From a virus (taxonomy: Duplodnaviria; Caudoviricetes), in IMG/VR virus record IMGVR_UViG_3300017971_000343, positions 1 through 53,701 of that record: DNA of 53,701 nt. The stretch is one strand, 5' to 3'. Below, piece after piece: positions 16,443-26,711 of this stretch. Made by a program: the position numbers and the translations under genes. The stretch's first letter is position 1. Every line of letters starts with the position of its first letter. The notes under the pieces are model-generated. The model ran no database searches and had not been told where the DNA came from. It worked only from the letters and a program-made list of their open reading frames with translations.

Positions 16443-16946
16443 TTAAACGCAGAATCCCCCCCATCTATCTTTCATTAAATATAAATTTAAAAGATACCTG
16501 TAGTCATCCATATTAATATTAGGACACGTCTTTTTTCTGTTAAATTCATAATGCCCTGCAACTTGATTATCTGTAAGGATCTTTCCTTCAATGAAATAAT
16601 CTATTTCGTTACTAGTAGTTAATTGCTTTATCAATTTAAAAGATGCCATTATTTGATTAAATGTGAACTTCTTGTTCCCTATTAAACATATCCCGTAATG
16701 AGATTCATTATAACCCTTGCAATGAGCACCTATATAATTCCTATCCCTACCTATTTGTATAAGCCCATCAAAGTCTTTATTGTATTTGCTTCGTGGGTTT
16801 AAAAATCCGTTGCAAATCACAAAATTATATCCAATGTCGTCAAACCCCCTCTTTAAATGCCAGTCTTTTATCAATTCAGAATCCCCAAATTCACTCATAC
16901 TGCAATGTAAGACTATCCCGATCAGATCCTTGCCTCTTTCTTTCAC
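16443..16946 (-). CDS. N-acetylmuramoyl-L-alanine amidase endolysin (Amidase_2, T7 lysozyme-like)
   Basis: IVLHCS, WHLKRGFDDIGY, GAHCKGYN, GICLIG, GHYE...KTCP. Confidence 0.92.
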   Translation of the reverse strand: MKERGKDLIGIVLHCSMSEFGDSELIKDWHLKRGFDDIGYNFVICNGFLNPRSKYNKDFDGLIQIGRDRNYIGAHCKGYNESHYGICLIGNKKFTFNQIMASFKLIKQLTTSNEIDYFIEGKILTDNQVAGHYEFNRKKTCPNINMDDYRYLLNLYLMKDRWGGFCV

Positions 16947-16959
16947 ATTCTATCCCTTC

Positions 16960-17715
16960 CTATTCAACCGAAGCGGTTGGTAGTATATTAATCTTATATT
17001 CGTTTGTTGTTTTTTTCACTGTTCCCTCGGCATTTGTTTTGTCAATAAAAAGATAATACGTTCCGGCTGTCTGCTGTAAGTTGGCTTTGCTCAAATTTAT
17101 ATACGCCTGCCCTAATGTTGAACCAGATTGGGTATAATTGGTAAAGGGAAGGTTTAATGTATAATTAGCAGACACATAATCTATTTCCTTTTTGCATAAA
17201 CGGAAATTAAGAGTAAACCCTGTAAGAGATTTTTCATCGTGATCCTCATCCCAGTTTGTAATCAAAAAAGACTCGCTGTTGCCGTAATACAATTCTATGG
17301 TTTCCATTGACTTTGGAGGAGGCTGGATTATAAATATGTATTGGTTTGTAGTGTTAGGGGAAGTGCCAGCCGCATTCACTTTGTCTATAAAAAGATGATA
17401 TATGTCTGGTTTTTGGGTTAAATTTGAAATACTTAAATCAAGGGTCGCCACTCCTGTCGTAGAGGAATTAGTGAAGGCTAAATCCAAGAGGTATGTTCCT
17501 GCAACATAATTAGCTACGGAAGTACACAGCCTGAATCTTAAAGTAAAACCTGTTAGAGACTTTGCAGTCCTGTCGCTGTCGTAATTTGTTATATATATCG
17601 ATCTGCTGTCTCCATAATAAACCCTTTTAGTCTTGATCGTTTTAGCTTCAGATTGTAAAGTAAAACTTACAATAAGCATTGCGGTCAAGATAATTAACGC
17701 AATTTTATTTTTCAT
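16960..17715 (-). CDS. Signal-peptide protein made of two tandem ~105-aa beta-rich domains (BppU-N-like)
   Basis: Signal MKNKIALIILTAMLIVSFTLQSEA; YYG.S.S..ITN.D.D...KSLTGFTL.FRLC...Y.LFIDK.NA.GT occurs twice. Confidence 0.6.
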   Translation of the reverse strand: MKNKIALIILTAMLIVSFTLQSEAKTIKTKRVYYGDSRSIYITNYDSDRTAKSLTGFTLRFRLCTSVANYVAGTYLLDLAFTNSSTTGVATLDLSISNLTQKPDIYHLFIDKVNAAGTSPNTTNQYIFIIQPPPKSMETIELYYGNSESFLITNWDEDHDEKSLTGFTLNFRLCKKEIDYVSANYTLNLPFTNYTQSGSTLGQAYINLSKANLQQTAGTYYLFIDKTNAEGTVKKTTNEYKINILPTASVE

Positions 17716-17728
17716 ATTATATTCCTTT

Positions 17729-19618
17729 CTAGTAATCAAACGATTCAAGATAAATATAATCCTCGTCATGAGAATGTATTTCTATATCGTCTGGATCAAA
17801 ACTTTCCATATATATATAATCCTCGTCATAAGATTTTAACTTTTTATAACTCGAAGGTGCTGTTTGGGTGATAGTAATTGTTGGTGTTGCTGTTTTTGTA
17901 GCAGTTACGGTTAATGTCGCAGTAGCAGTTGCAGTTTTGGAAAGAGTTGCGGTTGTTGTCTGCGTTGCGGTCAGGGTTTGGGTTAGTGTGGCTGTTATAG
18001 TTTGAGTTAGCGTTGGTGTTTGCGTTAAAGTGGGTGTGGCATAAGGTGCATAGCAGATCTCAACGTAAGGTCTGAGAGTTGCATCCAGATTGTCTCCGCT
18101 TATCATTTCAATGACACAAGTATCTGCTTCGTTATATAAGAACATATTGACATCCAGATATCCGGGCAAGGCTGCCGATTCTAACAAGGCTATCCCGGTT
18201 GCATTTAGGTCAATGCATTTCCAATCATTAGATTTCCACCATGTAGCTTCTCCAATCAAATCCCCAAGATCATCAATACCTCCTGCATTATTTGTCCAGT
18301 CATTGACACCGTCATATTTATTGTAAGTATCACCTGCATTTGTCCAGTCCTGCTGTAAGGAATATAATTTCATCGTAACGCCATCACCGACTTGGTAATT
18401 ACTGACATATATCCATAATTTAGCATAAGAAATAACAATGTTATCGTATATATCTTCAAGGTCTAATCGCAAGTGAGTATATTGAATCGGAGGGTTGACC
18501 GAAGAAACATAAAGGTTTGTATCTGTTCCATAATTAGTGTCTGCATGAATATCATCGACAAACGTATCTTCCCAATGCCCCGAAGAATCACAATTTGAAT
18601 TTAGCCCCACACGGTAATATTCAGAAGGTCCGGGGCAAGTTTCAGTGGGTGTCGCTGTTACCGTCATGGTTTGTGTTGCCGTTAATGTCGGAGTTGGCGT
18701 TAGAGTTACTGTTACTGTTATAGTAGGTGTTTTTGTCAAAGTTAAAGTCGGCGTAGCGGTTTGCGTAGCTGTCTCGGTTGCTGTTATGGTATCAGTAGGT
18801 GAAATTGTCGGAGTTAGAGTATCGGTTGCAGTCAATGTAGGTGTCGGAGTTGCTGGTGTTTCGGTTGCTGTTGGAGTTAAAGTCAATGTCGGAGTTGCAA
18901 CTAAATCATATACAATCTGAAGATATGGTCTTGCAGCCTGATTTGAATATTCTGAGGACAATCCATCCACTTTATAGTTATTGTCCTCCGAACCAGGAAC
19001 ATCTACCAAGAACACCACATCACCAGAAGCAAGTTTGCTTTCAAGGTATGTTAATCCACCAGCACTAAAGGTTAGATACCCCCACCCAGCACTCCATGTT
19101 GCTGCTGCCCTCTCGGCTATTTCGTCACCAATATCGTCTCTACCACCATTCGTATTTGTCCAGTTGCTTGAACCGTCATATTTATTCCATGTGCAACCGG
19201 CTTCTGTCCAGCTATCTGCATAATTATCCAGTTTATAAGCAGCAACCTTGTAACTTTGTGGTTCGTTAGATTGGTTGAAAATATAGAATTTTGCACTTGT
19301 TATATCGGCGTTATCCGGGAGGGTAGTAATATCAACTCTAACGACAAAGGTATAGTGATAATCGGCATGGTTATAGGCTATCAGGTTTCCTGCACTACCA
19401 TAATTAGTAGTGTTGCTATATTCATACATCTGTGTGTCTTCCCAGTCTCCGGTATAAGTATCAGCGTCCCTGAGCCCGAAAGTTACTGTTGTCGAGGCTT
19501 CCGCTTTATGGATAGCAGTATCACAAACCGTCATAAAAATAAATACAAGAAGTAGTCCTAAAAACAATAGGATAGTTGTTCCTATTGCTCTCCAGAGTCC
19601 ACAATCATCGTTTTTCAT
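17729..19618 (-). CDS. Secreted or anchored protein with two DNRLRE/CBM96-like domains and Thr/Pro-rich linkers
   Basis: Hydrophobic N-terminus; two WEDT...TNYG...AK....(W/Y)NKYDG...WTN..GG.DD.GD...RPY..I.Y units; T-x-T-P linkers. Confidence 0.75.
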   Translation of the reverse strand: MKNDDCGLWRAIGTTILLFLGLLLVFIFMTVCDTAIHKAEASTTVTFGLRDADTYTGDWEDTQMYEYSNTTNYGSAGNLIAYNHADYHYTFVVRVDITTLPDNADITSAKFYIFNQSNEPQSYKVAAYKLDNYADSWTEAGCTWNKYDGSSNWTNTNGGRDDIGDEIAERAAATWSAGWGYLTFSAGGLTYLESKLASGDVVFLVDVPGSEDNNYKVDGLSSEYSNQAARPYLQIVYDLVATPTLTLTPTATETPATPTPTLTATDTLTPTISPTDTITATETATQTATPTLTLTKTPTITVTVTLTPTPTLTATQTMTVTATPTETCPGPSEYYRVGLNSNCDSSGHWEDTFVDDIHADTNYGTDTNLYVSSVNPPIQYTHLRLDLEDIYDNIVISYAKLWIYVSNYQVGDGVTMKLYSLQQDWTNAGDTYNKYDGVNDWTNNAGGIDDLGDLIGEATWWKSNDWKCIDLNATGIALLESAALPGYLDVNMFLYNEADTCVIEMISGDNLDATLRPYVEICYAPYATPTLTQTPTLTQTITATLTQTLTATQTTTATLSKTATATATLTVTATKTATPTITITQTAPSSYKKLKSYDEDYIYMESFDPDDIEIHSHDEDYIYLESFDY

Positions 19619-19634
19619 TATTTTGCCTCTCGGT

Positions 19635-19877
19635 TCATTCTGTTTCTTCGCATGAACTGATTACCTTCCTGATAGTTAATGGTTTTTTAATAAGCAAATT
19701 CCTGTTCCTTATCGCCTGCAAAGCCTGTTTTTCAAGTTCTACATTTATTTTTCTTTTTATTTTATGGAAATCTTCAGGCTTCGTTTTCGAAGGGTCATAT
19801 TGAAGGTCAATGGCAATACTAACTCCGTCTCCCCTTTTCCATTTCAAACCTAACATTAATTTTAGTTTATCCCACAT
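19635..19877 (-). CDS. Hypothetical basic protein
   Basis: Operonic position. Confidence 0.45.
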   Translation of the reverse strand: MWDKLKLMLGLKWKRGDGVSIAIDLQYDPSKTKPEDFHKIKRKINVELEKQALQAIRNRNLLIKKPLTIRKVISSCEETE

Positions 19878-19902
19878 TTTATTACCCTATTACCTTATTG
19901 CA

Positions 19903-20250
19903 TTATTCTACTTTTAAATTTTTAGGCGGTTTGGGACTTCCAAACATACACCAATAAGTCACGGTTTCACTCGCAAGATTCAGAACATTTACTGCGGACA
20001 CATCAAATCTATGCTCTCCGTTCGGCAAATTACTTACATCGAAATGTAATCTTGCTTTTCCATCGTCCCTTACTTCAGGTTCAGACTGAAATGTCTGGTT
20101 CTGATTTATAGTTACAATATAATATTTAATTGTCTGACTTGGAATATCCTGTAAAGCCCAATCGCAGACGAGAAAAGGCTCCGCTTCAAGTATTGCATTC
20201 CAGCAAAACAATACCACCAATAACGATAAAATTATTAAAAACAATCTCAT
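19903..20250 (-). CDS. Small secreted fibronectin-III-like protein
   Basis: Signal peptide, AEPFLVCD, FDVSAVN...SE, PKPPKNL. Confidence 0.6.
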   Translation of the reverse strand: MRLFLIILSLLVVLFCWNAILEAEPFLVCDWALQDIPSQTIKYYIVTINQNQTFQSEPEVRDDGKARLHFDVSNLPNGEHRFDVSAVNVLNLASETVTYWCMFGSPKPPKNLKVE

Positions 20251-21185
20251 TTCTCTCCATCCTTTCTAAATCCAATTTTTTGAAATATTGTTTCAAACCT
20301 ATGTTGATAAGTATGTTCTTCTAAAGTTTTTTGCCTTGCATTTTGAGCAAGTTCCATACAGTAGTCCGGGTGCCTGATCAAATGCTTCGCCTTTAAGACA
20401 AGATCGTCCAAGTTGTCATATACTACGATTTCCTTTCCGTCTACATAGCAATCTTCGATCATGTCGCTATTCCCAGTCAATAAGCATCCCCCTCCTGTGC
20501 AGGCTATTTCAAAATCCCTTGCCTTTGCTTGCAATTTACCGCTTTGACCGCTAACTTCGGATATGTTTAAACAGATATAAGATTGACTGAATATATCTAT
20601 CATGTCGTTAAAGCTAATCCTATCGGTGAAACCCCTACCAAAAGCACGAACATCTATCCCGGCATCTTTTAGCTTTTGTATATATTCCCCCCTGATTCCA
20701 TGAGATTGACCCACAAACGATATTTTATATATCTTAGGTAAGTATCGTGCGGTGAAATATTGTGGATTTCCCGCATAAGTTGAGGGTATAACTTTATCTT
20801 TTGCCCCATAAGCAGAATACCAATTAGCAGCATCGGGGGAAGTTGTGATTATATAATCGAGGTAAGGAATCCAGAAACGGGAAAAATCGTTAAATCTCCA
20901 GACATCATCAAAAAACCAGTTAATTACAAGGTATCCGTTTTCCCTTAATGTTCCGAGAGTGCTGTAATCTATCTCGTCCTTATGCAACAGGCAGAATACA
21001 AGATCCGGGTCAAAGTCCATGCAATTCATAATTATATGTTTCTGTAATTTGTCATGCCCAAGACCTTCTAACTGGCTTACATAATTATAATACAAAACAT
21101 CATGCCCCATATCAATAAGCGAATTGGCAAAGTGTTTCTTTTCTTCAAAATTTATCGTTCCGTGAGTCAAGTAAAAGATTTTCAT
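20247..21185 (-). CDS. CgeB-like (Glyco_trans_1_2) glycosyltransferase
   Basis: WFFDD.WRF, SFVGQ..G.R, KARDFEI, EHTYQHR. Confidence 0.85.
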   Translation of the reverse strand: MKIFYLTHGTINFEEKKHFANSLIDMGHDVLYYNYVSQLEGLGHDKLQKHIIMNCMDFDPDLVFCLLHKDEIDYSTLGTLRENGYLVINWFFDDVWRFNDFSRFWIPYLDYIITTSPDAANWYSAYGAKDKVIPSTYAGNPQYFTARYLPKIYKISFVGQSHGIRGEYIQKLKDAGIDVRAFGRGFTDRISFNDMIDIFSQSYICLNISEVSGQSGKLQAKARDFEIACTGGGCLLTGNSDMIEDCYVDGKEIVVYDNLDDLVLKAKHLIRHPDYCMELAQNARQKTLEEHTYQHRFETIFQKIGFRKDGEK

Positions 21186-21194
21186 CTCTTCTCC

Positions 21195-22232
21195 TTATAC
21201 AAATTTCCAATACCAATCATCGTTTTTGTAAGATATAAAATTCTCATAATATTTAGACAAAGTGCATTTTCCACAATCTCGCTTCGGGTTTATACTGTCC
21301 ATAATTTCGAAATGCTTTTCACTGCCCCAGAACTCTCTTATTTCATCTATGCCGCACAACCTCAAACCCTTTTGTCCCTTTCTATCTATACACAACCACC
21401 AGCCGGAAGGCAGGCATATTCCAAGTAATGGAGCAAGTTCACATTTATCAAATTTTAAACTGACAAGATTGTTGTCGAAACAGGCAAAGAAAGGAATGAA
21501 CTCAAAATTATCGTCTGATAGTTCGTGGCATTTCTTAATCTGTTCGTTAATCAACTTCAAGTCCAATTTCTCTTCTTCGTTTTTGTAAGCCAGAAAATCT
21601 ACGGGTCTAAGATGGAAACTATCACATCTAAGATCTTTTGCAATTTTACAAGCGTCATATATCTCATGTTGATTCTCAGGATGAATTAAAAACTTGAAGG
21701 TTATTCCAACCTTACAATTTTTCTTATCCATCTCTTTATAATATACAAGATTATAAATATTTTTCAAGGTTTTTGTAAATCCGTCTACTTTTTTTAGCTT
21801 TAAAAATGTTCCTCTTGTTGACGCATCGACAGATATGCCAACCCATCGCATGTGATCGGCAATCGTTTCAACTAATTTTGTTGTCCACGAATATCCGTTT
21901 GTGATCATTGCAGATTCGAGTCCTAATTTTGTGCAATGCTTTACAAACAGATCGATTTCAGGATGAAGGCTTGGCTCTCCCCCTCCAGCGAAGCAGATTC
22001 CCAAAGTTCCCCAATTCGCCAAATCATCTAACAATTTAATCATTACATCTTTCGATATCTTCTTCCCATCCAATACACGCTTGGCATTACACCACTGGCA
22101 TTTCAATGTACAGGAATTTATAGGGTCGATATTTACTTCAACTGGGGCAATCAACTTTCTGTCGATTATCCCCTGCATGTTATCCCTGTATAGTAAGCAC
22201 TTGTTTTTATCAAACGATCTTGTCTGTTTCAT
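21195..22232 (-). CDS. Radical SAM protein with SPASM/twitch-like C-terminus
   Basis: CTLKCQWC, GGGEP, TNG; C-terminal C...C...CGKC. Confidence 0.9.
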   Translation of the reverse strand: MKQTRSFDKNKCLLYRDNMQGIIDRKLIAPVEVNIDPINSCTLKCQWCNAKRVLDGKKISKDVMIKLLDDLANWGTLGICFAGGGEPSLHPEIDLFVKHCTKLGLESAMITNGYSWTTKLVETIADHMRWVGISVDASTRGTFLKLKKVDGFTKTLKNIYNLVYYKEMDKKNCKVGITFKFLIHPENQHEIYDACKIAKDLRCDSFHLRPVDFLAYKNEEEKLDLKLINEQIKKCHELSDDNFEFIPFFACFDNNLVSLKFDKCELAPLLGICLPSGWWLCIDRKGQKGLRLCGIDEIREFWGSEKHFEIMDSINPKRDCGKCTLSKYYENFISYKNDDWYWKFV

Positions 22233-22349
22233 TTACAATACCACCATTACCACAAATGTTATGGCGAAACAAAAAATGCATAAAATAGAAAGCACTAATA
22301 AATTACCCCTTTTAGTTTCTGGCAATTCTGGACTCCAATCACTACACAT
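22233..22349 (-). CDS. Small membrane peptide (38 aa)
   Basis: Read manually: MCSDWSPELPETKRGNLLVLSILCIFCFAITFVVMVVL; GGAG ribosome-binding site. Confidence 0.45.
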   Translation of the reverse strand: MCSDWSPELPETKRGNLLVLSILCIFCFAITFVVMVVL

Positions 22350-22351
22350 AA

Positions 22352-23287
22352 TCAATCTCCTATTCTATTAAAAATATCTTTCATCCTGTGTTCCCACGTA
22401 TGTTCTCTTGTTGCACGATTATAAGAATTTAATGCAATATCATATCTTTCATCTTCTCCTTTTGTTAAATAATAATCTATCTTCTCTGCGAAATCGTCCA
22501 TCCCATCCCAATATGCCATCTCATTATCATTGAAATAATTCTTTAATTCAGGAAGATATTCTGCGAGTAAAAATGCTTTGCACATCGGCACTTCGAAATT
22601 TTTTGCCTTTATTGGTTTTAATATCCCCTGTGGAGGATTTGCGAAATGTATGTTTATTTTTGCAGAATTTATCGCATAAAGATAATCGTTAAATGAAATC
22701 CTGCCAGAATCAAACTCATTCCCAAGTGTAACGAATTTATATTTATTGCCAATTCTTTTTTTTAATTCTTCCGTCATTATTTTTCTGGTTCCCACGTTTT
22801 GCCCGGTAAAAACTACATCAATTGTTTTGGGTAGATTTATCGGCATAAAATAATCGGGATTCGCTGCCCATTGAGAATATATTACATTATAAAATTTATC
22901 TTTTTTATACCATTGTAATGCAACTCCAGCCGTTGTTATTGCATAGTCAATATGAGGAAGCCAAAATCTTGTCCCCAAAGGTCTATCCCAATGATAACGC
23001 CAGTGATCGTCTGAAAACCAGCAGGCAACCTTTACTCCCCTTTTTCTTAAAATATCGAATGTTTCATACCTGATTTCTTCTTTTAGAATTATTGCAAATA
23101 CTGTGTCGATATTGCAATACTCCACAATTCTTAAAATATCGTCTTGCAATTTCTGATTATCAGGGCTATCAATAAAAGAATTGTAATTGTAATAAACAAC
23201 CTTATGTCCAAGATTCATTATAGAATCCTTGACTTGATGTTGCTGCTCAAAGTTTGGTTTGCCGTGTGTTAAATATAATATGTTCAT
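22352..23287 (-). CDS. CgeB-like (Glyco_trans_1_2) glycosyltransferase, paralog of 20247-21185
   Basis: YLTHG..NFE, WFSDDHWR, KAKNFEV, EHTWEHR. Confidence 0.85.
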   Translation of the reverse strand: MNILYLTHGKPNFEQQHQVKDSIMNLGHKVVYYNYNSFIDSPDNQKLQDDILRIVEYCNIDTVFAIILKEEIRYETFDILRKRGVKVACWFSDDHWRYHWDRPLGTRFWLPHIDYAITTAGVALQWYKKDKFYNVIYSQWAANPDYFMPINLPKTIDVVFTGQNVGTRKIMTEELKKRIGNKYKFVTLGNEFDSGRISFNDYLYAINSAKINIHFANPPQGILKPIKAKNFEVPMCKAFLLAEYLPELKNYFNDNEMAYWDGMDDFAEKIDYYLTKGEDERYDIALNSYNRATREHTWEHRMKDIFNRIGD

Positions 23288-23300
23288 ATCTTTAAATCTC

Positions 23301-24413
23301 TTACGGAAAATTTTTGCACATCGAATCCTTTATGAAAACCTTTTCTATTATTTCGTTATATGTTCCGAACGTGCATCTTGGACACTCGTTTATGTTTATT
23401 GAATTAATCATTTTTTTATGCTTATCTGATCCCCAAAATTTTAGTATTTCTTCGTGTTTGCACATTACAAATTCCTTTTTACCTCTCATGTCAAAACATA
23501 GATGACAGTTACCGTCTGCACCAAATGTAGCAAGCAAAGGTGTTGCTCTGCATTTACTGAAATTAAGTTTCCTTTTGAAATTTTTCCCGAATTTATGCCT
23601 TATTCCGAATACCTTGAAATTTCCATCTTCAAGTTCCATCGCTTTTGAAATTTGTTCATCAAATAAAGATATGTGTTTAGTAAAATCCAATGTTTCACAT
23701 TTATTGTTTGATTCTATATTATCTACACATGCAGGTCGAAGATGAAAATGCTGACATCCAATTTCTTTGGCAAGTTTAACAGCATCGTATATTTCGGAAA
23801 CATTCTCCGGGAACAGCAGATATTTAAAGGCAATATCACACATCCTGCCTTTTAACTTGCTATTTATTTTACACATATTTTCTATGTTTTTTATAACTTT
23901 GCCGAAAATATCTTTATTTTTTATACCCTTTATTTTAATAAATGTATCGCCATTGCTTGCGTCAACGGATATTCCGCACCATCGAGAGCAATGTAATATT
24001 GCATCTATCTGTTTTTCTGTTATTACAGAGCCGTTTGTTATTACTCCTGATTCTATTGAATGATAATTTAAATCCCAGATAAATGTTGCAAGATGTGGAT
24101 TTAATGTTGGTTCGCCGCCACCCGAAACGCATGTTGATTTTACACCAAAATCCGAATATATGCACACAAGGTTATTTAATTGTTTTTCAGATAAAGTGTG
24201 TTCCTCTTCCGATCTATATTTTTGTGCATTGCAATGCGGGCAATTAAAATTGCATTTGTTTGTAGGGTCTGTATCTACTGTAACGGGCGGAAGAATTTTA
24301 CCCTTTGCAAGCGCTTCCAACTGTTCCCTCCAAACAAGCACCTTCATTGAATTAAAAGGATTTAACTGATCAGACCATTCGGTAAATTCAGTATGATTTT
24401 TTTTTGCTGACAC
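23301..24413 (-). CDS. Radical SAM protein with SPASM/twitch-like C-terminus, paralog of 21195-22232
   Basis: CNFNCPHC, GGGEP, FHLRP, FWGS.KH, CPRC. Confidence 0.9.
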   Translation of the reverse strand: MSAKKNHTEFTEWSDQLNPFNSMKVLVWREQLEALAKGKILPPVTVDTDPTNKCNFNCPHCNAQKYRSEEEHTLSEKQLNNLVCIYSDFGVKSTCVSGGGEPTLNPHLATFIWDLNYHSIESGVITNGSVITEKQIDAILHCSRWCGISVDASNGDTFIKIKGIKNKDIFGKVIKNIENMCKINSKLKGRMCDIAFKYLLFPENVSEIYDAVKLAKEIGCQHFHLRPACVDNIESNNKCETLDFTKHISLFDEQISKAMELEDGNFKVFGIRHKFGKNFKRKLNFSKCRATPLLATFGADGNCHLCFDMRGKKEFVMCKHEEILKFWGSDKHKKMINSININECPRCTFGTYNEIIEKVFIKDSMCKNFP

Positions 24414-25249
24414 TATATTTCCATCTCTTTCAAGTCTCCGATAGTTTTTAAAATGATTGGTTTGCCCTTAATTGCAACGAAAATCTCTTTTATCCCGATT
24501 GCTTTGCGTTCAAAACTAATGTTAAACCCAATTCTGTTCAATAATTTATAGATTGAAGGTTTGTCTAACAAAAAACTTTCTTCGTTCCCAATCGATCCTC
24601 TGTTATTTAGTTCACCATGAGTTCTACCATCTTTTGTTACTTTGCTTTCTCCAGTTCTTTCTTTAAAATAAAACCCGGAATATTTTTCACCTTTATGTTG
24701 TACCTCTATATTTTTGGACGGATCGTGGTTATAATTTGTATGAATAAGCATTAGCTTTTTACACATTTTTGACAATCCTTCCATCCAATCAATTTGTTCG
24801 GGGAAACTCAAGTGGTAAAGTATCCCGGCATTTATAATCACATCAAATTCTCCATATTTTTCTAAAGTGCAATTTCTTACATCATCACAATGAATATGCA
24901 AATTGTTTAAATTAAGAACTTTTTTCACAAATCTCTGCTTTTCACAATGTTCTTCTCTACCTTCAACGGATACAACTTCAGCCCCATGCAATGCAGGTTC
25001 AATAGAATGTAATCCTTCTAATGAACCTAAATCGAGAACCCTTAACTTGTCGAACGGCTTGTTTGTTATGTCCTGCATTGCCTGCATAAATATTCTTAAA
25101 TGCACACCGTTACTACCTGCCCCGTTTTTACTGTTCAGGTAATCTAAACTTACATTATGTCTCGTGTATATTCCGTCACCCAGATATGTATTTGCAGATT
25201 GCCATATACCTAAACTTTTCATCTCTTTTATTACTTGTTCTTTATCCAT
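24413..25249 (-). CDS. Class I SAM-dependent methyltransferase
   Basis: VLDLGSLEG; FDVIINAGILYHL. Confidence 0.85.
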   Translation of the reverse strand: MDKEQVIKEMKSLGIWQSANTYLGDGIYTRHNVSLDYLNSKNGAGSNGVHLRIFMQAMQDITNKPFDKLRVLDLGSLEGLHSIEPALHGAEVVSVEGREEHCEKQRFVKKVLNLNNLHIHCDDVRNCTLEKYGEFDVIINAGILYHLSFPEQIDWMEGLSKMCKKLMLIHTNYNHDPSKNIEVQHKGEKYSGFYFKERTGESKVTKDGRTHGELNNRGSIGNEESFLLDKPSIYKLLNRIGFNISFERKAIGIKEIFVAIKGKPIILKTIGDLKEMEI

Positions 25250-25263
25250 CTATCTTCTCCTAT

Positions 25264-25947
25264 TCATTTTATTGCGATAAAAGTTTCCCTCTGAATACCA
25301 GTTGGTGCTTCAGGGAACATCAATTTATATACCGAACCAAATCCTACGGCAGATAACATTTTTGCTAATTCTTTTTCTTTGAACCAAAAACTTTCGTCAT
25401 TACTAATTGCAGAAGTTAATCTTTTTTCAATCTGAGTTGGGGACAGTCCCTTTATTGGCTCATCGTAAATCATTCCACTATAATTAATGCCCTTATAATT
25501 AAATGTAGCTGGGAGCATATCTTTATATTTGGATGGCAAAACATCACAGCAATTCGTGTCTATTATTAATAGTCTATTGCAACATTTATATACTTCTTCC
25601 AACAAGTTACATATAGAATTAAAGTCAAGGTGATATAATATGCCCGGCAATAAAATAACATCAAAATGTCCGTATTTGTCAATATTAAAATTTTTCACAT
25701 CATCATGGTAGAATATTAAATTGTCGGATTTGTTACACATTGCCTTTTCAATATTTATTTTCCTCCCCTCTATCCCAACAACAATGGCTCCAAGTAACGC
25801 AAGTTGATATGAATAAAATCCTTCAAAACATCCAAGATCTGCAATCCTCAATTTCTTGATTGATATGCCAACAATGTCTCGTATTATTTGTATAAAAATA
25901 TTTAACAATTCATTTTTTCTTATTTTTCTTATTTCCATCCTGTTCAT
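25264..25947 (-). CDS. Class I SAM-dependent methyltransferase (paralog)
   Basis: IADLGCFEG; FDVILLPGILYHL. Confidence 0.85.
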   Translation of the reverse strand: MNRMEIRKIRKNELLNIFIQIIRDIVGISIKKLRIADLGCFEGFYSYQLALLGAIVVGIEGRKINIEKAMCNKSDNLIFYHDDVKNFNIDKYGHFDVILLPGILYHLDFNSICNLLEEVYKCCNRLLIIDTNCCDVLPSKYKDMLPATFNYKGINYSGMIYDEPIKGLSPTQIEKRLTSAISNDESFWFKEKELAKMLSAVGFGSVYKLMFPEAPTGIQRETFIAIK

Positions 25948-26711
25948 TTAATTGCCGCCAATGTCAATCGTGGATCTTTTTTTAACTTAGGGGGATGCTT
26001 AATTTCCAAAATTGTTTTAAACCCAAACTCTATTAGCATGTCATAAACACTCTTTTCGTTAAAAAGCACTGAATTATGATCTAACCCCATCCAACATTCT
26101 TTATTTTTTATAGGCAAAGCTTCTTCCTTCCACTTATCCTCCCTTATCCTTGTTCCATAATATTTATTATTTTTGTATTCTATCTGGTAATCATTCTTGT
26201 CAGTTGTAGTAGTTGATAAATAAAGAAACTTAGAACAAGCATTTGACGCTTCTTCCAAGATTCTTACCCCATAGTCTAAATCCAAATGATATAATAACCC
26301 TGCAACCAAAACTACATCAAATTTTTCATGTTTTATTTCTGGTGGCAATCCTTGTCTCAAATCATATTGGATAAATTTAAGATTATCCATAACAAGCAGA
26401 TTCCTTAACTTGTTTGCCTTTATAATATTCTTATTGTTGGCGTCAACCCCTACTGCATATTCGGCTCCGTTCTGAATTAAAGCGAAAGAGTAATACCCCG
26501 TAAGACACCCCAGATCTATTACCCTAAGACCTTTCAATGAATTGTTAAACATTGACATCGTAACCTGAACCACCTGCTCAACCTTTGTATAAGACCCATT
26601 CTCTTTTAACCAACTACCATCTTCTAACATTATGTTTTGTCCAACCCAGTCCCCATATTTCTCGTAAACGAGAGACATTTCACATCGTATCTTGTCGGGA
26701 TTCATTTTCAT
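25944..26711 (-). CDS. Class I SAM-dependent methyltransferase (paralog)
   Basis: VIDLGCLTG; FDVVLVAGLLYHL. Confidence 0.85.
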   Translation of the reverse strand: MKMNPDKIRCEMSLVYEKYGDWVGQNIMLEDGSWLKENGSYTKVEQVVQVTMSMFNNSLKGLRVIDLGCLTGYYSFALIQNGAEYAVGVDANNKNIIKANKLRNLLVMDNLKFIQYDLRQGLPPEIKHEKFDVVLVAGLLYHLDLDYGVRILEEASNACSKFLYLSTTTTDKNDYQIEYKNNKYYGTRIREDKWKEEALPIKNKECWMGLDHNSVLFNEKSVYDMLIEFGFKTILEIKHPPKLKKDPRLTLAAIK

